A stretch of DNA of 40,792 nucleotides from an uncultured Muribaculaceae bacterium (GTDB taxonomy: Bacteria > Bacillota_I > Bacilli_A > RF39 > UBA660), in the NCBI GenBank assembly GCA_964389735.1, contig CAYMEJ010000003.1:1-40792 (forward strand), read 5' to 3'. The position numbers were made by a program, and so were the translations under genes. The notes under the pieces are model-generated. The model had not been told where the DNA came from and did not search any database. It saw nothing but the letters and a program-made list of their open reading frames with translations. Below are positions 35,437-40,792 of this stretch, in pieces; the first letter of the stretch is position 1; each line of letters begins with the position of its first letter.

Positions 35437-36252
35437 ATGGCAAGCCGTATGGAACGTTATCAAGAATTAGACGAAGTAAAAGATGATAGAATTACTAGTA
35501 GCAGAACTAGTAAAAACAGGAATGTTTATGATGAGTTGTATAATAATGCTACTTATACAGAATTTACTGATGTAAATGATAGAATGGTAGTAGAACTTGA
35601 TAATAGTAATAGAAAAATTAACACAAGAGAATCTTATCATAAAACTAAAGAATTTCATGATGTTATTGCACCACTAGAAAATAAAAGACCAACTAGGCCA
35701 ATAGTAATAGAAGAAGAGAAAAAAAATTATGATTTAAACTCTGTATTACAAGAAGCAAAACAAAATAGAAAAGAAATAGATGACTTAGAAAATAAAAGAA
35801 AATTAAAAGTTTCTGAATATGATATTTTATCTGATTTAAGTGAAGAACAATTAGAAAAATATAAGCAATCAAAAAAGGAAAGAAATAAAGAAGATCCAGA
35901 TGAATTAGAAGATTTAATAAATACAATTACTTCTAGAACATTAAGGGAGGATCTTGATCAAGATTTGATGAGTGATTTGCTTCCTTCTGGAATTGAAGAA
36001 ACAATAATAACTGAATCTTTAAGTAAGGAAATATTAGATAAATATAATGATGAAAATGAGGAACCTAAAGAAGAAGATGAAATAGATCATTCTTTCTATA
36101 CTAAATCAATGGATTTATCTACTGAAGATTTTGATATAGAAGATACTTCTTTTGTTGAAGAAAAAACAAAATATATTATGTTAAAACTTGTTTTAACAAT
36201 AATAGCATTAATAATATTAATAATTATTACGATAATAACTTTATTAAAGTAA
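35437..36252 (+). CDS. Acidic, charged protein with a C-terminal TM anchor; function unknown.
   Basis: RBS AGAGGGTGA. The 271-aa protein is D/E/K-rich. The C-terminus reads MLKLVLTIIALIILIIITIITLL. Confidence 0.5.
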   Translation: MASRMERYQELDEVKDDRITSSRTSKNRNVYDELYNNATYTEFTDVNDRMVVELDNSNRKINTRESYHKTKEFHDVIAPLENKRPTRPIVIEEEKKNYDLNSVLQEAKQNRKEIDDLENKRKLKVSEYDILSDLSEEQLEKYKQSKKERNKEDPDELEDLINTITSRTLREDLDQDLMSDLLPSGIEETIITESLSKEILDKYNDENEEPKEEDEIDHSFYTKSMDLSTEDFDIEDTSFVEEKTKYIMLKLVLTIIALIILIIITIITLLK

Positions 36253-36256
36253 CAAA

Positions 36257-36279
36257 GAGTAGTTTTACTACTTTTTTTA
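36257..36279 (+). terminator. Rho-independent terminator.
   Basis: AGTAGT, a TTT loop, ACTACT (36258-36272), then TTTTTTT. Confidence 0.5.
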
Positions 36280-36296
36280 TTTTTGCATAATATTTA

Positions 36297-37070
36297 ATGG
36301 GTGATAATATTAGAAAAAGAATTAAATTAAAACGAAAAATTAAATTGACTAAATCTAAAAAATTAATATATACAGTTATATTTTCATTCTTATTTGTTTT
36401 TTTTGCACTTGTATATATTGGAAATAAGATTACTCCTATTTTAATAAACACTGCAGAAATTGAGGCAAATAAATTTTCTACTATTATTATTAATAATGCA
36501 GTTTCACAAATAGTTGATGATAAAATAGATGTAGATGAAATATTTGTTTTAATAAAAAATGATCAGGGGGAAATTCAAACTATTGATTTTAATCCTACAG
36601 TAGTAAATCATATATTAAATGTTGCAACTACTGTAGTGCAGGAAAATTTAAAATTATTAGAAAATGGTAATATTGATTCAATTGGTATATATGATATGGA
36701 TCTTACTAAAGAAAAAATAGAGGAGTTAAAATCTGGAGTAATTGAAAAAATTCCAATAGGTATAGTTACAGGAAATACAATATTATCTAATTTAGGACCT
36801 AAAATACCAATAAAATTAAAGTATATTGGGGATGTTAATAGTAATATTACTACTAAAATAGAACAATATGGTATTAATAATGCAATGGTAAAAGTTGGTT
36901 TAGAATTAGAAATGACAGCAAGAGTTATTTTGCCTTTTTTTAGTAAAAAAATAGTGATGACTAATAATATGCCTGTTGCAATTAAAATAATTCAAGGGAA
37001 AATTCCTAATTACTATAGTACAGGAATTGATAAAAATTCTAATTTATATTCTTTACCAATTGTCCAATAA
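36297..37070 (+). CDS. yunB: Sporulation protein YunB-like.
   Basis: 257 aa. A basic N-terminus and one TM segment are followed by ITPILINTAEIEANKFSTIIINNAVSQ and IPIGIVTGNTILSNLGPKIPIKL, which fit the YunB family pattern and size. Confidence 0.65.
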   Translation: MGDNIRKRIKLKRKIKLTKSKKLIYTVIFSFLFVFFALVYIGNKITPILINTAEIEANKFSTIIINNAVSQIVDDKIDVDEIFVLIKNDQGEIQTIDFNPTVVNHILNVATTVVQENLKLLENGNIDSIGIYDMDLTKEKIEELKSGVIEKIPIGIVTGNTILSNLGPKIPIKLKYIGDVNSNITTKIEQYGINNAMVKVGLELEMTARVILPFFSKKIVMTNNMPVAIKIIQGKIPNYYSTGIDKNSNLYSLPIVQ

Positions 37071-37105
37071 ATTAATACTGTGGTATAATGGATTAGGTGA
37101 TAGTG

Positions 37106-37387
37106 ATGAAGAGAATAATTTTAGATAACAATGAATATGAATTAGTTAAGGAATATAAGAATTCTTTTAATGAGGAAGATGTAAGAGAAAAATATACTGA
37201 TTATTTTGAACCATATGATTATATTTTTGTTGATTATGCATATGATAAACTTAGATTAAAAGGTTTTTATGAAGATAATAGTAAAGAGAGCAATGATATT
37301 AATAAGATAAGTAAATTGGATGATTATATAAAAAATTATTGTGCTTATAATTGTGGTTATTACTTATTAAAAAAAATAAAGAAGTAA
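37106..37387 (+). CDS. yutD: YutD-like protein (DUF1027).
   Basis: YELVKEYKNSFNEEDVREKYTDYFEPYDYIFVDYAYDKLRLKGFYED carries the LRLKGFY signature of the YutD family. Confidence 0.65.
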   Translation: MKRIILDNNEYELVKEYKNSFNEEDVREKYTDYFEPYDYIFVDYAYDKLRLKGFYEDNSKESNDINKISKLDDYIKNYCAYNCGYYLLKKIKK

Positions 37388-37410
37388 TTAGTATTTAATT
37401 ACTTTTTTTT
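37382..37410 (+). terminator. Rho-independent terminator.
   Basis: AAGTAATT (37382-37389), a loop, AATTACTT (37397-37404), then TTTTTT. Confidence 0.65.
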
Positions 37411-37490
37411 GTTAAAAAATTATAATATTTAGTTGAAATATATTAAAAATATGATAAAATAGATATATAAGATAGAGGAGGATATAAAAT

Positions 37491-37757
37491 ATGGATAAAA
37501 GAGTAATGTCAATTGTATTAGAAGATGGTTCTATTGATGAAGTAGAAGTTTTATTAACTTTTCAATTTGATGATACAAAAAAAGAATACGTTATTTATAC
37601 AAAAAATGAAACAGATGAAAGTGGAAATGTAACAATTTATGTTGCATCAATTACTAGAACTGAAAATGGACCAAAATTAGGAAATGTTGATAGTGATGAA
37701 GAATGGTCTAGAATAAAAGATGTTTTACGCGAATTATCAAAAAATGATGAACAATAG
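37491..37757 (+). CDS. DUF1292 (UPF0473-like) small protein.
   Basis: RBS GAGGAGG. VLEDGSIDEVEVLLTFQFDDTKKEYVIYTKNE...IYVASI is the typical DUF1292 pattern. Confidence 0.7.
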   Translation: MDKRVMSIVLEDGSIDEVEVLLTFQFDDTKKEYVIYTKNETDESGNVTIYVASITRTENGPKLGNVDSDEEWSRIKDVLRELSKNDEQ

Positions 37758-37769
37758 AAAGGAGAATGC

Positions 37770-38987
37770 ATGATGGAAGAGTATGGATTCAGTATAATTG
37801 ATGATCTTGATACAGTTGAATTAGAAGGAAATCCCTCTAAAATAAAATTACAAGAATCTTCAAATTTTAATTTTAGAAATAAAATCAGTAAATTCTTTTC
37901 ATATTTAAAAGAAAGAAAAGAACAAAAAATTGAAGACAAGAAAGAAGATATAGTTGATAGTGCCTTAAATATTGTTGATCATTATAACGATTTGCAAGAA
38001 GAAGATAAACATTATGGTTTATTAATTGATAAATTATATAAAAAATCAATTAAGTTAGGAAAATTATTTGGAGAAGATAGTTTAGAGTTAGCTTCACAAA
38101 AATTTAGTTTAGTAAAAGATTATTCTCCTAGGGCAATTAAATTAAAATCTTTTATGGTACAAGAAATGATGAATAAAGTTGGAGATACAGAATTAATAGA
38201 TAAATTGAATGGAGTGTTTAGTCAAAATGTTCCTGAAGTTGTTGAAACTGAAGATAAACCAAAGAAACAAAAGAAAGTTAAAAATGATCCAATCAATTCT
38301 ATTGTTAAACCAGTAGAAATGGCTCCAGTTCAAGAAGTTGTTCCTAGTGATCAAATGGTAGAAGAAAGTGATTCAGTTAATTTAGATGCTGAAATTGCTA
38401 ATGCTGAGGAAAAGGTGGAAGAAAATATGAATGATAATATGAAAGAAGAACCTGTTGTTGAACAACCAGTAGTAGAAGAACAAACTGAAGCAGCTGAATT
38501 AGCTAGTGTTAATGAATTATATAAGCAATTAGAACAAACTAAACAAGAAGTTATTAATAAAGCAAAGGAAGCAGAAGAAATTAGAAACAAAGCTGATCAA
38601 AAAACAAAAGAAGCAGAAGAAATTAGAATGGCAAAAGAAGAAGCTTTAAAGAAAAAACTTGAAGCAGAAGAAGCAGTAAAAGAAGAACGCAAGGCTTTAG
38701 AAAAAACAATGCGTGATCAACAGGCTATGCTATTACAACAAAAAGAAGAATTTGCAAAAGAAATTGAACAAAACAAAGAAATAGTTTCACAAAAAGAAAC
38801 TGAAATAGAAGAAGATAATAAAGTTACTGATCAAACAAATGCAGAAACAGAAGAAGCAAATAATCAATTAATGAAATTAACAGCATTAAGAGAAGCAATT
38901 ACTACTTTTGATTTAGGACAAATAGTTGGTACTAATGCACCAGCTGTAGAAGAAACTGCACCTGAAGTAACAGGACCAGTAAAATAA
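37770..38987 (+). CDS. E/K-rich coiled-coil protein, function unknown.
   Basis: RBS AAAGGAG. The C-terminal half is long and charged (KEAEEIRNKADQKTKEAEEIRMAKEEALKKKLEAEEAVKEE...). Confidence 0.5.
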   Translation: MMEEYGFSIIDDLDTVELEGNPSKIKLQESSNFNFRNKISKFFSYLKERKEQKIEDKKEDIVDSALNIVDHYNDLQEEDKHYGLLIDKLYKKSIKLGKLFGEDSLELASQKFSLVKDYSPRAIKLKSFMVQEMMNKVGDTELIDKLNGVFSQNVPEVVETEDKPKKQKKVKNDPINSIVKPVEMAPVQEVVPSDQMVEESDSVNLDAEIANAEEKVEENMNDNMKEEPVVEQPVVEEQTEAAELASVNELYKQLEQTKQEVINKAKEAEEIRNKADQKTKEAEEIRMAKEEALKKKLEAEEAVKEERKALEKTMRDQQAMLLQQKEEFAKEIEQNKEIVSQKETEIEEDNKVTDQTNAETEEANNQLMKLTALREAITTFDLGQIVGTNAPAVEETAPEVTGPVK

Positions 38988-38994
38988 AAAATAA

Positions 38995-39020
38995 AGCAGA
39001 GTTTAGAACTCTGCTTTTTT
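38995..39020 (+). terminator. Rho-independent terminator.
   Basis: AGCAGAGTT (38995-39003), a TAG loop, AACTCTGCT (39007-39015), then TTTTT. Confidence 0.7.
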
Positions 39021-39063
39021 CATATGTATATTTAATTTATCATACTATTAAATAGGTGATAAT

Positions 39064-39969
39064 ATGAAAAATTTGATTCTTTATCATTATAATTTGGATA
39101 TTTACAATATTAGATTTATTGATGGATTATATTTTTTTGAAAGTGATAATAAAAAGTATATGCTTTATAATTATGATAGAAATATTGATGAGATCAATGA
39201 TTTATATTATTTAAATAATATGTTATTAGAAAATTGTAAATTTTATCATAAAATAATATTAAATAAGGATAATAAAATTATAATTGATCATAATCAAAAA
39301 TTATATGTATTATTAGAATTAAGTCATATTGTTTCCGATGATATTTCTATTTTTGATATAAATAGTAATTTTAAGCAGTTTAATTATGGTTATTTTAAAA
39401 GAATAAGTAAAATTGATTGGAAAACATTGTGGATCAATAAAATAGATTATTTTGAATATAAAATTTTTCATGAAAAGGGAGAAGATATAAAAAATACTAT
39501 TATTTATAATTATTTAATTGGTTTAAGTGAGAATGCTATTAGTTACTTTTTAAATATACAAGAATTATATAATTTAAATGATGCTATTATTTCTATAAAC
39601 CATCGTTTGTTTAAGAAAAATATGAATCTAATTGATTTATATAATCCACTTGAACTAATTATAGATTATAGAGTTAGAGATATATCAGAATATATAAAAC
39701 AACTATTTATAACTGATAAATATGATAGTTATAGCATAGAAGAGTATTTTGATAATATGGATTTTAATCAATTAGATTATAATTTATTGTTTTGCAGATT
39801 ATTATTTCCAAATTTTTATTTAGATTACTATATATGTAATGATATTGAGGAAAAAAAATTGAAAAATATTGAAATAGAATTAAGTAAATATCAAAATTTC
39901 TTAAAAGAAATATATTATTTAATAAAAAAAAGAGCAAAGCTCTTAAATGTTGATTGGATTACTAAATAG
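39064..39969 (+). CDS. Putative CotS/YutH-like spore-coat-associated (kinase-fold) protein.
   Basis: 301 aa and rich in Y/N/I. The call rests on the N-terminal pattern (ILYHYNLDIYNIRFIDGLYFFESDNKKYMLY) and on proximity to yut-type genes. It has not been verified. Confidence 0.35.
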   Translation: MKNLILYHYNLDIYNIRFIDGLYFFESDNKKYMLYNYDRNIDEINDLYYLNNMLLENCKFYHKIILNKDNKIIIDHNQKLYVLLELSHIVSDDISIFDINSNFKQFNYGYFKRISKIDWKTLWINKIDYFEYKIFHEKGEDIKNTIIYNYLIGLSENAISYFLNIQELYNLNDAIISINHRLFKKNMNLIDLYNPLELIIDYRVRDISEYIKQLFITDKYDSYSIEEYFDNMDFNQLDYNLLFCRLLFPNFYLDYYICNDIEEKKLKNIEIELSKYQNFLKEIYYLIKKRAKLLNVDWITK

Positions 39970-40204
39970 TATTTCTTACTTCTATAACTTCTGGTATCTC
40001 ACTTGTAATGGCTAATTCAATACCATCTTTTAATGTTACGTCCATCATTGGACAATCACTACAATGACCCATCATTTTTACATATACAATACCATCTTCA
40101 AATTTAACAAATTCAATATTACCACCATCGTTTATTAAGAATGGTCTTAATTTGTCAATTATTTCTATTATTTTCTTTTCAACATCATTATTCATTAATA
40201 TCAC
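39962..40204 (-). CDS. NifU-like (Nfu/YutI-type) Fe-S cluster scaffold domain protein.
   Basis: IDKLRPFLINDGGNIEFVKFEDGIVYVKMMGHCSDCPMMDVTLKDGIE contains the CxxC motif of the NifU C-terminal domain. Confidence 0.9.
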   Translation of the reverse strand: MILMNNDVEKKIIEIIDKLRPFLINDGGNIEFVKFEDGIVYVKMMGHCSDCPMMDVTLKDGIELAITSEIPEVIEVRNTI

Positions 40205-40280
40205 CTTTTTAATTATACTATTAAACTGTTATTGCAGTAAAGTGTTTTTTTATGTTATAATGTGTTGAGAAGGTGATTTG

Positions 40281-40649
40281 ATGGCTACTTATGAACTTGG
40301 AAATATAGTTACAGGCTGTGTAACTGGGATAGAAAAATATGGTATTTTTGTTAGTTTGGATGAGTATTATAGTGGTCTTATTCATATTTCAGAAATTTCT
40401 TCAGCATTTGTTAGAAATGTAAATGATTTTGTTAAAATAGGGGAAACTATTAATGTGAAAATTGTTGGAATGGATGAAAAAACATCTCATTTGAAATTAA
40501 GTATAAAAGATATTGATTATAAAATTCAAAAGAAAAATAGGGTTAAAATAATTGAAACAGAAATGGGGTTTGAACCATTGAAGGAGCAATTAAATCATTG
40601 GATAGATAATAAAAAAATAGAAATGCAGGAGCAAAGTAAAAAAAATTAA
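40281..40649 (+). CDS. S1 RNA-binding domain protein (YugI/CvfD-like).
   Basis: GNIVTGCVTGIEKYGIFVSLDEYYSGLIHISEISSAFVRNVNDFVKIGETINVKIVGMDEKTSHLKLSIK. The ATG at 40281 follows AAGGTGA. Confidence 0.85.
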   Translation: MATYELGNIVTGCVTGIEKYGIFVSLDEYYSGLIHISEISSAFVRNVNDFVKIGETINVKIVGMDEKTSHLKLSIKDIDYKIQKKNRVKIIETEMGFEPLKEQLNHWIDNKKIEMQEQSKKN

Positions 40650-40678
40650 AAAAATTTGAAAAAATTTTTTATATTGTA

Positions 40679-40707
40679 TTGACAAAATATATACAAGATG
40701 GTATATT
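40679..40707 (+). promoter_or_regulatory. Sigma-A-type promoter upstream of the tRNA gene.
   Basis: TTGACA (40679-40684), a 17-nt spacer ending TGg, then TATATT (40702-40707). It lies ~27 nt upstream of the tRNA 5' end. Confidence 0.6.
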
Positions 40708-40733
40708 TAATGTCGTCTCATGAATTAATTTAT

Positions 40734-40792
40734 GGGTGATTAGCTCAGTTGGTTAGAGCACCTGCCTTACAAGCAGGGGGTCGTAGGTTCGA
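40734..40792 (+). tRNA. tRNA-Val (anticodon UAC), with the 3' part cut off by the window end.
   Basis: Acceptor GGGTGAT, D arm GCTC-AGTTGGTTA-GAGC, anticodon stem CCTGC/GCAGG with loop CTTACAA (anticodon TAC), then the T stem GTAGG and TTCGA. Confidence 0.9.

Noticed and set aside
26364-38590. Other nested or antisense track ORFs: 26364-26570(-), 32595-32873(-), 33532-33762(-), 34774-35058(+), 35467-35658(-), 35693-35926(-), 36227-36451(-), 37637-37939(-) and 38351-38590(-).
   Set aside because: Each overlaps a better-supported gene on the other strand or in another frame, and each has shadow-ORF composition.

Overview
The window is very AT-rich, low-GC Firmicutes-type DNA that uses the standard genetic code (TGA serves as a stop, TGG encodes Trp). 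Bacillus-like neighbourhoods (yjbA-trpS, DD-carboxypeptidase-rluB, yunB/yutD/NifU-like/S1-domain genes) suggest a spore-forming Bacilli or Erysipelotrichales-like host; this is inference only.

The window splits into two parts.

(1) 766-25431 is a single co-directional block of 21 predicted genes on the + strand. It contains three modules.
- A surface/adhesin module: a polytopic membrane protein, an Ig-like anchored protein, a class B sortase and a 1004-aa cysteine-rich secreted protein.
- A Tad/Flp-type pilus module: CpaB/RcpC-like, a TadA/CpaF ATPase, TadB- and TadC-like proteins, a 54-aa pilin gene missing from the ORF track, a TadE-like protein and a TadZ-like protein.
- A Gram-positive-type type IV secretion system: two VirB2-like paralogs, VirB6-like, VirB3/PrgI-like, a VirB4 split into two ORFs, a glucosaminidase+CHAP cell-wall hydrolase, a lipoprotein and a VirD4/TraG coupling protein.

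No relaxase, integrase, transposase or prepilin peptidase is visible in the window. A decayed DUF1016/YhcG nuclease gene sits at the left edge. A clean terminator closes the block at 25407-25431.

(2) 25443-40792 is ordinary housekeeping DNA: rhodanese, a TVP38/DedA-type protein, rmuC, yjbA-like, trpS, lipoproteins, a thioredoxin-like protein, a DD-carboxypeptidase, rluB, ferredoxin, yunB, yutD, a DUF1292 protein, a NifU-like protein, an S1-domain protein and the 5' part of tRNA-Val(UAC).

The most interesting signal is the apparent fusion of a Tad-type pilus module with a monoderm T4SS. Supporting oddities are the hidden pilin gene with its own near-consensus promoter, the orphan sortase, the split VirB4, the duplicated VirB2-like genes and a perfect 6 x 8-bp tandem repeat in front of the coupling-protein gene. 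All functional calls rest on motif and pattern recognition by eye; no database search was run.
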